A stretch of 32,463 nucleotides of DNA. Source: Candidatus Kuenenbacteria bacterium CG08_land_8_20_14_0_20_37_23 (GTDB lineage Bacteria > Patescibacteriota > Patescibacteriia > UBA2196 > GWA2-42-15). Under the pieces are notes generated by a model that did no database searches, was not told where the DNA came from, and saw only the letters and a program-made list of their open reading frames with translations. Of this stretch, positions 8,592-18,702 are shown piece after piece. Position 1 is the stretch's first letter. Each line of letters begins with the position of its first letter. A program made the translations under genes and the position numbers. The stretch covers positions 1-32,463 of the forward strand of contig PEXX01000050.1 of the NCBI GenBank assembly GCA_002778965.1. Direction: 5' to 3'.

Positions 8592-10079
8592 ATGACTTAT
8601 CGCACGAAATATCGTTTGCTTGAAATTTTTCCGGCCGCTATGGTATGGGCTACTTTTATATTGATAATATTGTTGTCATTTTTTCGGCCAATCTGGGCAA
8701 TTTATATTGTGATTGTTTTTGATTTTATTTGGATGTTGCGCATTGTTTATTTTGTTATCTATGTTTTTATTTCATGCAAACGTTACGTCCAAGCCATTAA
8801 AGTGAACTGGCTTGAGAGGCTTAAAAAAATGCAAGGCTATGAAGATATATATCATTTTGTTTTGCTGCCAACCTATCTTGAGCCCAAGGAGGTTATTTAT
8901 GGAACAATGGATGGTTTAGCAAAATCAAAATACGATACGAAGAAAATTATTGTGATTTGGACGCGCGAAGAAAGGGGAGAAACCAGTGAGTATAAAAAAT
9001 GGGCGGAAGATTTAAAGGAAAAATACAAGGATATTTTTTTTGCTTTAGAATTTTATATTCATCCTTTTCCGCAGGCAAATGAATTGCCAGCCAAGGGATC
9101 CAACGCTCGCTGGGCTGCCAAAAAAGCGCAAAAAGAAATTTTAGATGTCAACCATATTGCCTATAATAAAGTCATTCTATCTTCGTTTGACAGTGATACT
9201 ATTCCGCATCCATATTTTTTTGCCTGCTTGAGTTGCATATATTTAGATCAGAAAAATCCAGTGCAGACAGCGTATCAGCCAATAGCGCTGTATATCAATA
9301 ATATTTGGGACGCGCCTTCTTTTAGCAGGGTTGTTTCAAATTCAACCACCTTTTGGCTGATGGCAGAGCTTAGCCGGCCGGATCGTTTAATGACATGTTT
9401 TTCTCATAGTATGAGCTTTGAAGCGTTGGTCTCGGTTGATTTTTGGGATACAACTTGCGTTGTGGAGGATTCAAAAATTTTTTTGCAATGCTTCTATTAT
9501 TATGAAGGAGATTTTACAACAGTACCAATCTACATTCCTGTATCTATGGATACAGTCTTGGGCGATAATATTTGGGAGACAATTAAATACCAATACAAAC
9601 AAATGCGCCGTTGGGCTTCAACTATTGAGCATTTTCCTTATGAAGTATTTAATTATTTTAGGCATAGAGAGATAAGCGCCTGGAAAAAAATCAGATTTTT
9701 ATTTCTTAGACTTGAGGGCGTGTATTCATGGGCCACGGCCCCGATTATTATCACCATACTTGGCTGGCTGCCTTTGCGCGTGGCGTCGCATATGAATATG
9801 ACGCAAGTATTAGTGCAAAAAGCGCCATTTATTTTGGAGAAATTAATGACTTTTTCTATGCTTGGTATGTTGGTTTGCGCGTTTTTGGGGTTGACTTTTA
9901 TGCCAAAAAAACCGTGTTGTAAGCGCGGTTTTTGGCGCTGGCCAATGATCGCGCTGCAGTGGTTATTGGTGCCCATTACGATGGTAGTTTTTGGATCTAT
10001 ACCAGCGATTGAAGCGCAGACAAGACTGGCTTTGGGTAAATATTTAGGGTTTGACGTTACCAAGAAAAGCAGGAGATAA
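8592..10079 (+). CDS. Membrane GT2 glycosyltransferase, processive (cellulose-synthase-like) type
   Basis: LPTYLE, KG, FDSD, VEDS and QMRRW (D,D,D,QxxRW signature); TMs at both ends. Confidence 0.8.
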   Translation: MTYRTKYRLLEIFPAAMVWATFILIILLSFFRPIWAIYIVIVFDFIWMLRIVYFVIYVFISCKRYVQAIKVNWLERLKKMQGYEDIYHFVLLPTYLEPKEVIYGTMDGLAKSKYDTKKIIVIWTREERGETSEYKKWAEDLKEKYKDIFFALEFYIHPFPQANELPAKGSNARWAAKKAQKEILDVNHIAYNKVILSSFDSDTIPHPYFFACLSCIYLDQKNPVQTAYQPIALYINNIWDAPSFSRVVSNSTTFWLMAELSRPDRLMTCFSHSMSFEALVSVDFWDTTCVVEDSKIFLQCFYYYEGDFTTVPIYIPVSMDTVLGDNIWETIKYQYKQMRRWASTIEHFPYEVFNYFRHREISAWKKIRFLFLRLEGVYSWATAPIIITILGWLPLRVASHMNMTQVLVQKAPFILEKLMTFSMLGMLVCAFLGLTFMPKKPCCKRGFWRWPMIALQWLLVPITMVVFGSIPAIEAQTRLALGKYLGFDVTKKSRR

Positions 10080-11087
10080 ATAAACGGCCATATATCCATT
10101 GATAAAACTTGGAGCATCCATTTCTTTTTTGTCTTGAGGCTGTAATTTTAATATTTCAAGAAAAGTTTCCCCCCCGCATTTTACAAGGAGTTTTTTGTTT
10201 TCCACGAAAAATTTGCCGGAAGCGATATTTTTTTTTGTCATAATATTGCCATGAATGGCAACTTGCAATAGTTTAATTATATTTTCTTGCTCTATTATTT
10301 TTACGCCTGACGGTTCTTCTTTTCGGCCGGGGCTAATTTTCTTTTTTGGTTGATTGCTTTGGTGTTTTGTTGCTTTGATGAATATTCCAGGCCATTTTAT
10401 GTATGCTCTCCACTGGTTATATATTTCTCCAGATGTTTTATCACAGTTTATAAGCCCATCTTCTTTTCTTATCATTTGTGTATAGGTAGCTTTTTTATGA
10501 TTTTGTTTTTTAGATTTGATTTTGTCGGCAATATATTCTGGCATTATTTTAATTAACAGACCAGCTCCTATTTTGGCCAATTTTTCAGATAATGTTATAA
10601 ATGTGTCTTCATTGTTTATTATTAATTTTTTATTTTTAATTATTTTCCCATGATCCATTTTTCCATCCATTTTTATAATTGTTACTCCGGTTTCCATATC
10701 TCCATTAAGGAGCGCGGTTTGAATAGGGGATGGTCCCCTGTATTTTGGCAAAAGCGAAGGGTGGATATTAAGAGCGCCAAATTTTGGCATGGCTAGGATT
10801 TTTTTTGAAATTATTTGGCCATAATCAGCCGTTATAAAAATATCGGCTGCTGGCAGAATATCATTTTTGAATATTTTTAAGTTTTCTGGTTGAAAAACCG
10901 GAATTTTATTTTTTTCCGCCAAAATTTTGACAAGCGGGGGAGTGAGAATTTTTTTTCTGCCAATAGGCTGATCAGGTTTGGTAACAACGCCCAAGATAGA
11001 AAGTTTAGCCTCAACTAGTTTGTTTAAAATAACAGCGGCAAAATCCGCTGTGCCGAAAAATATTATTTTCGTATGTGCTTGATCCAT
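10044..11087 (-). CDS. fmt: Methionyl-tRNA formyltransferase
   Basis: [38 protein letters not shown]; directly downstream of def. Confidence 0.95.
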   Translation of the reverse strand: MDQAHTKIIFFGTADFAAVILNKLVEAKLSILGVVTKPDQPIGRKKILTPPLVKILAEKNKIPVFQPENLKIFKNDILPAADIFITADYGQIISKKILAMPKFGALNIHPSLLPKYRGPSPIQTALLNGDMETGVTIIKMDGKMDHGKIIKNKKLIINNEDTFITLSEKLAKIGAGLLIKIMPEYIADKIKSKKQNHKKATYTQMIRKEDGLINCDKTSGEIYNQWRAYIKWPGIFIKATKHQSNQPKKKISPGRKEEPSGVKIIEQENIIKLLQVAIHGNIMTKKNIASGKFFVENKKLLVKCGGETFLEILKLQPQDKKEMDAPSFINGYMAVYLSPAFLGNVKP

Positions 11088-11570
11088 TTATTTTAAAATT
11101 CTATCAATAAATAAAACGCCATCCAAATGGTCTATTTCGTGTTGCAAAATTCTGGCCGGCATTTTGTCAAATTTTTGTCTTATCTTTTCTCCTTGCTTGT
11201 TTAAATATTCCACCAATATTTTTCTGTGTCTTTTAACTTTGCCAAAAATTCCAGGAATTGATAGACACCCTTCTTCCATGGTACTTGTTAGCAATGATTT
11301 TTTTAGTATTTTCGGATTGATAAATATTTCAATTTTATCGCCATTTACGCTGCTTGACGTTGCAAGCGTATTGACAGCTATGACTCTTATCAAACGTCCG
11401 ACTTGTGGCGCAGCCAAGCCAATGCCGTCGGACGCGCGCATTGTTTTTTCTAAGTTTTTAAAAAAATTTTGCATTTCACAAGAAATAATTTTGTCAATTA
11501 CAATTTCCTCTGATTTTTGGCGCAGAGTTTTCTCGTTATTGTGGATAGTTAGAATCTTTAAAATGGGCAT
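11088..11570 (-). CDS. def: Peptide deformylase
   Basis: GIGLAAPQVG, EGCLS, QHEIDHLDG; ATG at 11570 lies just after the priA stop. Confidence 0.96.
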   Translation of the reverse strand: MPILKILTIHNNEKTLRQKSEEIVIDKIISCEMQNFFKNLEKTMRASDGIGLAAPQVGRLIRVIAVNTLATSSSVNGDKIEIFINPKILKKSLLTSTMEEGCLSIPGIFGKVKRHRKILVEYLNKQGEKIRQKFDKMPARILQHEIDHLDGVLFIDRILK

Positions 11571-11571
11571 A

Positions 11572-13458
11572 TTAATCCGAGAGTGTTTTCGCATCAACAT
11601 CAATCAACCAGTCATTCGGTACATATTTGACCAAAGAGTTGAAGTTCTCAAGTTTTTCTAATTTTAAAATTATGTTAAATTTATATTTACCTCTGATTTT
11701 CTTGCGTGTAATAGGCATTGGAGAGCTCAAGCTTATTTTTTTGTTGTTTGCCAAAATTGTTTTTATTTTTGAATATACTTTATTGGCATTGTCCGCGGCT
11801 TTCTTTTCCGACTTATTAAGAATGCTTAATTTTATCAAACTAACAAACGGCGGGTAGCCAAAATTTTTTCTTAAGTTAAGTTCTTCACTATAAAATATCT
11901 TTGGATTTTTCTGGTAGATTGATTTTATAATAAAATTATTAGGAGTGAAAGTTTGGATAATAACTTTAGTATTTTCATGAGTTGAAGTCAAAATTTTGGT
12001 CAGTAAAGCATAAGCTATCGCATTGGTATTAAATTCGCTATGTTGCCACAATTGGTCCGCATTGATTATGGCAATCAGGCCTGTTTTTTGCCAGTCTATT
12101 TTATCCAAAGCAAATTCAGTACCCAAAATAACTGATGATTCGCAACTGCCGATTGGCAACTTTTGGACTGTTTTATCAATTTTAGTAATTTTTATGTCAG
12201 GCAAAATTTTTTTTAGATTTTTTTCAATTTTTTCTATGCCAAGACCGCTTGATTTGAAATTCGGTCCTTGGCATTTTGGGCAAAAAGGCGGCAGTTCATT
12301 CTTATTATTACAGTGGTAACAAATTAATTTGTCATTTTTGTATTTTATCAAAGGCATGCCGCACTCCGTGCAGATAAATGTGTAGTGGCAGTCTTTGCAG
12401 ATAGTATTGGTTGATTCGCCTTTTTTATTAATAAACAAAAAAGTTTGTTTTTTATTTTGAATAGTTTTCTTAATTTCCACTTCTAATTTTTCGCTAATAA
12501 ATGAATAGTTTTTTTTTGTGAGTTCATTGTTCAGGTCTTGAATAATAATATTTTTTTGTGTTTTTGCGCTTATCGACTCCTCTTTGCCTTGTCGTGGTAA
12601 ATTGTGTTTTTGTGATTTATAGTAGTTCTCCATTGATGGCGTCTGGCTGGATAAAACGACTTTGCCACCGGCAATGTCAACTAATTTTTGAGCTGCGAGT
12701 CTTACATCATATCTTGGATTCATATCATATTGCTTGTGATTTATAGAATCTTCCTCGTCTATAATTATCGTTTCCAGTTGCGTGAATGGATAAAAGATTG
12801 CCGAACGTGTGCCAATAAAAATTTTGGCATTGCCGGATAAACATTCATTCCATAGTTTTAGCTTTTCCGGTTGTTTTAGCTTGCCGTGTATTTGGCTGTA
12901 TTGTCTTGATTGGAGTCTAATATTTTCAGCCATGGTATAAATCTGATAAACCCTTGGCACAATGATTAAGAGTTGTTTTTTATTTTTTTGGGCCAGCCTT
13001 TGATAATATTTATTTCTCTCCCCATAATTTTTCCACCAAAAATATGCCAATTTTATTTTTTTTATTTTTTTATCTGTTAGCCGTTCTTTTAGGCCGCGGT
13101 CAGTTTGTTTTTTTATTTCGCGCATTTTCGTGTCGCTTGGCAGATTATGACGCACGAATAGAGAAGCTGAAATGAAGCAATATTTAGCGAGTTCTAAAAA
13201 TAACTTGATTTGATTTTCAGTAAACAGCGCTTCAAAGGAAACTAATCCAATGATGCTTTTAAGATATTGCGGATTGAGATTTACTTTTTCTGAATTCAGA
13301 TTAATTTTAGATACTACGCCAGCGGCAATTGAATTGCGCAAGGGGATTTTTACCAATTGTCCGACTTTGATTTTATGCGCCAAATCAGCAGGCACTTTGT
13401 AAGTCAGAACCGACAACTGTCTTGGCATTTTTTTGGTTGGAATTACGTCAATTAGCAT
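11572..13458 (-). CDS. priA: Primosomal protein N' (PriA), helicase motifs degenerate
   Basis: N-terminal 3'-binding domain (LTYKVP...GQLVKIPL), GTRSAIF, IIIDEE, PRYDVR, four CxxC pairs, GLGIEK, IQT, YPPF; priA-def-fmt synteny. Confidence 0.9.
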   Translation of the reverse strand: MLIDVIPTKKMPRQLSVLTYKVPADLAHKIKVGQLVKIPLRNSIAAGVVSKINLNSEKVNLNPQYLKSIIGLVSFEALFTENQIKLFLELAKYCFISASLFVRHNLPSDTKMREIKKQTDRGLKERLTDKKIKKIKLAYFWWKNYGERNKYYQRLAQKNKKQLLIIVPRVYQIYTMAENIRLQSRQYSQIHGKLKQPEKLKLWNECLSGNAKIFIGTRSAIFYPFTQLETIIIDEEDSINHKQYDMNPRYDVRLAAQKLVDIAGGKVVLSSQTPSMENYYKSQKHNLPRQGKEESISAKTQKNIIIQDLNNELTKKNYSFISEKLEVEIKKTIQNKKQTFLFINKKGESTNTICKDCHYTFICTECGMPLIKYKNDKLICYHCNNKNELPPFCPKCQGPNFKSSGLGIEKIEKNLKKILPDIKITKIDKTVQKLPIGSCESSVILGTEFALDKIDWQKTGLIAIINADQLWQHSEFNTNAIAYALLTKILTSTHENTKVIIQTFTPNNFIIKSIYQKNPKIFYSEELNLRKNFGYPPFVSLIKLSILNKSEKKAADNANKVYSKIKTILANNKKISLSSPMPITRKKIRGKYKFNIILKLEKLENFNSLVKYVPNDWLIDVDAKTLSD

Positions 13459-13478
13459 ATTGTAAATAAAGTTTACAG

Positions 13479-14834
13479 CTATTTGACGATTTTAACTGTT
13501 TCGCCGTCGTCATGCAAGGCAAGTACTTTATTACTGACACGAATTACGTTTTTGAATTTGTAGCCCAGTCCCAAGAAAATTTCTTCAGAATCAAATGGCC
13601 TTTTGAGTCCATCGGAGATGACATAGACCGTAGGACTATTTTCTCCGACAACAAGTTCACCATCTCTAAGTATAACAGCGCTTCCTGTATCGTATTTTTC
13701 CAGTTCTTCTGGTAAAACCGGAGTAATTTTTTTTGAACTGTAGTAAATTTTTAGTATTTCTCTGGCTATAATAGGTTGTTTGACGCCATTGGCGACATAA
13801 TATACGCCGCCTGTGGTTTTGTCTTGAAGCAAGGCGCCGGTGGGATAAGCATTTTTAGCTGTGATAGCTGTGCCTATTTTGTATGGGAAAATATCTTTGC
13901 TGGCAACGGAGATTATTTCTTCAGGGTTAAAGCCTAATAGCCGGAAAGTTTCTTGCGAATCAATTGGCCGCAGAGTATCATCATCAAGCAAGTATATGCC
14001 ACCCGTCGGAATCTGAAGCAATGAGTAGTTTGGATGTTCAATTGGAGAGCCAGTTGGATATTTGTCTAGATCGGCTGGAGTGGCGGGCAGGACAAGATCA
14101 AAAGATGGATATCTGGAAAGATAAGCTGATTTTGAACGAAAAGGATGTTTTACGTTGTTTTTGATAAGCCAAATTCCGCCATCCTCCGTGTTTTGCAGTA
14201 GCGATCCGTTAAAGTAAGATATTGAAAACCATTTTTGCCAAATATTAAAAAGGTTTTCATTGCCATGCAGATGGGGTGTGTAAATATAGAGGCTGCGAGT
14301 AGCATGGTTTTTTATGACTATTTTAGTATTATCAATAGTATATGTTTCGCCAATTTGATATTTGAATTCGCTTGGATTGTCAAAATAGTAGCGCGTGCCG
14401 CCTGTTCCCCAATCTACTTGATTTGAAAAACCTTTGTATTTTTGTACTTTTAAGTCTGTTTTTTTACAGTCATCGCATATTCCATAGCCAGTTGCCCAAT
14501 CATATTGATCCTTGTCTGGATGATCATCCAGCACCAAACTTTGTTCTTTTTGCAAAAGCGCTAAGATGTATTGAGGATTTATTTTATGCGTTCTTGCAGA
14601 ATCATAGATTATTTGCGATGCTGTTATTTTTATGTTTGGATCAACGTAAGACGCTAAATTGCTGTTTTTGCTGGTTAGAAAAGATTGTATTTGCTCCATA
14701 TTCATACTTTGATAATTTGTCAGTTCATGATCTGAAATTATGAAATTAGGATCAAATCCGGCTAGCGTTTGCAATGAAGAATATATGAAAATTAGAAAAA
14801 TTACAATTAGATTTAAAAATATTTTGTATTTCAT
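13479..14834 (-). CDS. Secreted protein: lysozyme-like/hemagglutinin-annotated N-terminal domain plus four ~60-aa repeats
   Basis: Signal peptide; FDPNFIISD...INPQYILALLQKEQSLV...ATGYG...YKGFSNQV...ATRSLYIYTPH; repeats of form GxLLQ...GGVYY...KxP...Y.TG. Confidence 0.6.
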   Translation of the reverse strand: MKYKIFLNLIVIFLIFIYSSLQTLAGFDPNFIISDHELTNYQSMNMEQIQSFLTSKNSNLASYVDPNIKITASQIIYDSARTHKINPQYILALLQKEQSLVLDDHPDKDQYDWATGYGICDDCKKTDLKVQKYKGFSNQVDWGTGGTRYYFDNPSEFKYQIGETYTIDNTKIVIKNHATRSLYIYTPHLHGNENLFNIWQKWFSISYFNGSLLQNTEDGGIWLIKNNVKHPFRSKSAYLSRYPSFDLVLPATPADLDKYPTGSPIEHPNYSLLQIPTGGIYLLDDDTLRPIDSQETFRLLGFNPEEIISVASKDIFPYKIGTAITAKNAYPTGALLQDKTTGGVYYVANGVKQPIIAREILKIYYSSKKITPVLPEELEKYDTGSAVILRDGELVVGENSPTVYVISDGLKRPFDSEEIFLGLGYKFKNVIRVSNKVLALHDDGETVKIVK

Positions 14835-15028
14835 AAATGCGTCTATTTTTTAATTTTTATTGGCAGTTTTATTATATCAGATTTTTTAAAAATAAGAAGT
14901 GCAGTAGTTTTATGTTGCCAGTAATAGATAATAAATGTTAATATGTTAATGGATTAATTGGCATACGCAAAATTTGTTTTTATGATTTTTGTGTTATTGG
15001 CGTAGCTTTGGATATTAATTGTGATTTT

Positions 15029-15910
15029 ATGGTTTCTATTATTATCACCTCTAAAAATGAGGGAAAATCCATTGGTCAAGCGATTCATGCTTTTTTAAAG
15101 CAGGATTTTCATCAGCATACTTTTGAAATAATCGTTGTTGCTCCTGACGAAGAGACTCTGCAGGGTGCGCAAGCGCTTGGTTCTGATTTGGTGACAACTA
15201 TAAAAGACACTGGAGTTGGCAAAGTTCAAGCGCTTAATCTGGCGATCAGCAGAGCCAATGGAAATATTTTGATCTTTTCAGACGGCGATGTGGTTGTTGG
15301 CAATTTAGCGGTGGCCGCGTTGCTGGCCAAATTAGAGACTGGCGTTGTGAGTGGGCGCCCAATAGCAGAGAAAAATAGCGTTAATAAATATATTTTTTGG
15401 CAAAATTGTCTTTTTGACAGCGCGCATAAGATGCGCTTGCGCAGAAGCGCGGAGAACAAGTTTATAACGCTGTCAGGATATCTTTTCGCATGCAAGAAAG
15501 AGTTGCTGCGCGGATTTGTTTTTCCGCAAGATATTTTGACAGAAGATGAATACTTGTCATACTATCTTTTTAATCGCAGCATCAGGATAGCTTATGCTCC
15601 GCTAGCTAAAGTTTTTGTTAAAGCGCCTAAAAATTATTCCGATTGGTTAAAGCAAAAAGTAAGAACGCTTGGCGGCTCGTATCAGATTCCTGTCGGTTGG
15701 AAAAAAAATATCGCTATGCGATCGTTTAGCAAGGAAAGCGCGCATGTTTTTTCTTTGCTCTCAAATTATGGCAAAAATTTCAGGCAACAGTACTGGCTGC
15801 AACTGTTATTTTTTGCGCGGCTGTACGCGTGGATAAAGGCTTTTTTTTTAGTTAAAATTTTAGAAAAAAACAGCAGGTCTTTGTGGATAAGAGTTATCAG
15901 CACAAAATAA
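15029..15910 (+). CDS. GT2 family glycosyltransferase
   Basis: VSIIITSKNE, GKVQALN, FSDGD, TEDE, KQKVR. Confidence 0.85.
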   Translation: MVSIIITSKNEGKSIGQAIHAFLKQDFHQHTFEIIVVAPDEETLQGAQALGSDLVTTIKDTGVGKVQALNLAISRANGNILIFSDGDVVVGNLAVAALLAKLETGVVSGRPIAEKNSVNKYIFWQNCLFDSAHKMRLRRSAENKFITLSGYLFACKKELLRGFVFPQDILTEDEYLSYYLFNRSIRIAYAPLAKVFVKAPKNYSDWLKQKVRTLGGSYQIPVGWKKNIAMRSFSKESAHVFSLLSNYGKNFRQQYWLQLLFFARLYAWIKAFFLVKILEKNSRSLWIRVISTK

Positions 15911-15928
15911 TAATTTTATGCTATTTAT

Positions 15929-15956
15929 AAAATTAGCCAATGTTAGCTAATTTTTT
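15929..15956 (+). terminator. Intrinsic terminator
   Basis: AAAATTAGC-caatgtta-GCTAATTTT followed by TT. Confidence 0.55.
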
Positions 15957-15960
15957 AATA

Positions 15961-15989
15961 TTGACAAAATAAATAGATTATATTAGTAT
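15961..15989 (+). promoter_or_regulatory. greA promoter
   Basis: TTGACA, 17 bp, TAGTAT. Confidence 0.6.
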
Positions 15990-16022
15990 GTCTAGCATTG
16001 CTTGTGATTTATTTTAAAATAT

Positions 16023-16493
16023 ATGGATAACAATCAATTATATTTAACTGCGGAAGGTTTAGAAAAACTTAAAAAGGAACTTGATTTTTTGATACACACA
16101 AAAAGAAAAGAAGTTGCTAATCGCATTGAATCAGCTAAAGAACTTGGAGATTTAAGCGAAAACGCCGAATATTCTGATGCCAAAGACGAGCAAGCATTTT
16201 TGGAAGGCAGAATTTCAGAATTAGCAAATGTGGTGCGCCATGCTGTTATTATTAAAAATTCCAGCGCTAAAAAATATTTTGTTGATATTGGTTCTATTGT
16301 TGAAGCCAAAAATGAGAAAAACGATATTAAGACTTACAAGATTGTTGGCAGGCAAGAGGCTGATCCGGGCGTTGGTTTTATTTCTAATGAATCTCCAATC
16401 GGCAGAGCATTTCTTGGGAAAAGAGTTGGCGACACAGTGGAATTTCAAGCGCCAAAAGGCAGTGTTAAATTTGTTGTGGCCAGTATCAAGTAG
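16023..16493 (+). CDS. greA: Transcription elongation factor GreA
   Basis: YLTAEG, GDLSENAEY, ISNESPIGRAFLG. Confidence 0.96.
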   Translation: MDNNQLYLTAEGLEKLKKELDFLIHTKRKEVANRIESAKELGDLSENAEYSDAKDEQAFLEGRISELANVVRHAVIIKNSSAKKYFVDIGSIVEAKNEKNDIKTYKIVGRQEADPGVGFISNESPIGRAFLGKRVGDTVEFQAPKGSVKFVVASIK

Positions 16494-16534
16494 CAAAATT
16501 TTCCTCTTGCGTATAAATATGCTATAATTAAAAT

Positions 16535-17419
16535 ATGCGACGAGAGGAGCAAAATTTAATCAGCGGACAAATACCGGAGTGGAAGATGAAACTGTCGTAT
16601 TTTTACGTTAACAATAAAACTCTAATGAAGCGGGGTTTTGTTTTTTTGTTCTTTCTTTTGGATGTAATCATTGTTTTTCTTTTTGGGAGAATATTTCTCA
16701 ATTATCAAGCATTGTCCGAAGCCAATGACACGCAAATGCGATTGATGTCTGTCAACTTAATCAACCATGAGATAGTTAAACTGATGATTGAACCAGACCC
16801 ACTAATAATAGGCAATACATATTCAATAAAGACGAAGGATCAATACTATGATTTATTGGCGCTTGCGCAAAATAGCAGTAAAAATTGGGCTATAGTTGAG
16901 ATAGGGTATACTTTTATTGTAAATAAGAAGGAGCTTGGCAGCAGAAGTACTTTTATTTTGCCAAATAGCAGCAAATATTTGACAGCATTTAATGTTCTTG
17001 GCGGCCAAGACGCCGAGTGTAAAATTTTATATACAAACTGGAAAAGAACTACGGATTATACGTTGCTTAGCTATAAAGACAGCATCAAGTCGTCTGGCGC
17101 GAATTACGCTTATTCTAGTTCTAATTCTTTGGGCGGGCAAGCCGCATTCACGCTAATCAATGAAAGCCCCTATGGTTTCTGGGAAGTAGGATTTGAGATA
17201 GTTCTCTTTAATCGGTATCAAGAGCCGATAGGGATCAATTATTTATCTGTGGATAAGTTGATGGCGCGTGAGACAAGAGATATTAAATTTGGATGGATAA
17301 ACGGTCCAAGCGCGCCTGTCGCCAAAATAGAAGTTTATCCGGAAATCAATTTTTTAAACAGCGATGACATTATGAAAATAGATGCGCCGATTGGCTCTCC
17401 ACCGGGGAGAGATAATTGA
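16535..17419 (+). CDS. Hypothetical membrane-anchored protein with two beta-rich (Ig-like) domains
   Basis: 294-aa ORF with one N-terminal TM and a beta-strand pattern; TGn-TATAAT 6 nt before the ATG. Confidence 0.6.
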   Translation: MRREEQNLISGQIPEWKMKLSYFYVNNKTLMKRGFVFLFFLLDVIIVFLFGRIFLNYQALSEANDTQMRLMSVNLINHEIVKLMIEPDPLIIGNTYSIKTKDQYYDLLALAQNSSKNWAIVEIGYTFIVNKKELGSRSTFILPNSSKYLTAFNVLGGQDAECKILYTNWKRTTDYTLLSYKDSIKSSGANYAYSSSNSLGGQAAFTLINESPYGFWEVGFEIVLFNRYQEPIGINYLSVDKLMARETRDIKFGWINGPSAPVAKIEVYPEINFLNSDDIMKIDAPIGSPPGRDN

Positions 17420-17436
17420 TTTTAAAGGCAATAACC

Positions 17437-17458
17437 AAACGAGCCCTAACTCGTTTTA
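17437..17458 (+). terminator. Possible intrinsic terminator
   Basis: AAACGAG-ccctaa-CTCGTTT followed by a T-rich tail. Confidence 0.4.
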
Positions 17459-17500
17459 TTATTATTTTAGATATAAAATTTCGCGCTTCGCTATATTAAT

Positions 17501-18604
17501 ATGAATATTGCAAGTTATTCAATTAATTTAAAGAAGTTTGATTTTATGCTTTTTGCTCCTGTTTTGCTACTGGTTATTTTCGGGCTTTCATCTATTTACA
17601 GTATGACGTTGAATGTGGAAAATCCTGATCTGACTTTGTTCAACAAGCAAATTATTTTCGCGATAATTGGATTCGTACTTTTGTTTTTTTTTAGTTTTTT
17701 TGACTATCGCTTTTGGAAGAATTATACTGTTTTTTTATACTTGTCCGCGAATATTTTTTTGGCGGCTGTTTTATTTTTCGGACAAACAATCAGAGGAACT
17801 AGCGGATGGTTTAATTTTTGGGGAATTAGTTTCCAGCCGGTTGAATTTGCAAAATTCAGTTTAGTTATAGCTTTAGCGCATTTTTATAATCTGAAATATA
17901 AAAAATTGGGTTTGACCAGTTTATTTTTTTTTAGCGGATTGATTGCCATATTACCGATTGCGCTCACAATTTTTCAGCCAGATTTCGGATCGGCTTTTAT
18001 TTTAATTATTATTTGGTTCGGTTTTTTTATTCTTTTTGGTATCAAAAAAAAGCAGTTTTTATATTTTTTGGCATTAATTGCGACGGTCGCGCTCATTCTT
18101 TGGAATTTTATTTTATTTGATTATCAGCAGAATAGAATTTTGGTTTTTGTTGATCCGGGGCGTGATCCTTTGGGTAGTGGATATAATGTCCGCCAATCAA
18201 TTATCGCGGTCGGATCTGGAAAATTTACTGGCCGAGGTTTGGGGCTGGGGACGCAAAGCCAATTGCGTTTTTTGCCCGAAATAGCCACTGATTTCATTTA
18301 CGCCAATATTTCAGAAAGTCTTGGTTTTTGCGGTGCGGCCATGGTGGTTGTTTTTTTTACTTATTTTTTCGCAAAGCTATTATTAATAATCAAAAAGGCA
18401 AAAGATGATTTTGGGGCATATTTGGTTTATGGTTTTTTGATAATATTTTTTTCGCAAACAGTCATTAATATCGGCATGAATATCGGACTTTTTCCAGTGG
18501 CTGGATTGCCATTGCCGCTGGTAAGTTATGGCGGTTCGTTTCTAGTGGTGTGCCTTGTCGGCATAGGCATTGTTGAAAGCGTAAGCATAAGCGAGAAGCA
18601 GTAA
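17501..18604 (+). CDS. rodA: SEDS peptidoglycan glycosyltransferase RodA
   Basis: FQPVEFAK, QPDFG, DPLGSGYNVRQSIIAVGSG, FLPEIATDFI, GLPLPLVSYGGS; about 10 TMs. Confidence 0.9.
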   Translation: MNIASYSINLKKFDFMLFAPVLLLVIFGLSSIYSMTLNVENPDLTLFNKQIIFAIIGFVLLFFFSFFDYRFWKNYTVFLYLSANIFLAAVLFFGQTIRGTSGWFNFWGISFQPVEFAKFSLVIALAHFYNLKYKKLGLTSLFFFSGLIAILPIALTIFQPDFGSAFILIIIWFGFFILFGIKKKQFLYFLALIATVALILWNFILFDYQQNRILVFVDPGRDPLGSGYNVRQSIIAVGSGKFTGRGLGLGTQSQLRFLPEIATDFIYANISESLGFCGAAMVVVFFTYFFAKLLLIIKKAKDDFGAYLVYGFLIIFFSQTVINIGMNIGLFPVAGLPLPLVSYGGSFLVVCLVGIGIVESVSISEKQ

Positions 18605-18650
18605 GCGACAAATCTAATGCAATGTCAAGGCGCATAGAAGCATATTAAAT

Positions 18651-18679
18651 TTGACATTTGTTTTATTGTTATTTATACT
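18651..18679 (+). promoter_or_regulatory. Sigma70-type promoter
   Basis: TTGACA, 17 bp, TATACT. Confidence 0.7.
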
Positions 18680-18702
18680 AAAAGTAATGCAAAAATAAAA
18701 AT

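Noticed and set aside
10610-10644. Apparent 7-bp periodicity in fmt ([12 protein letters not shown])
   Set aside because: Almost pure A/T low complexity, and the peptide appears normal in length for Fmt
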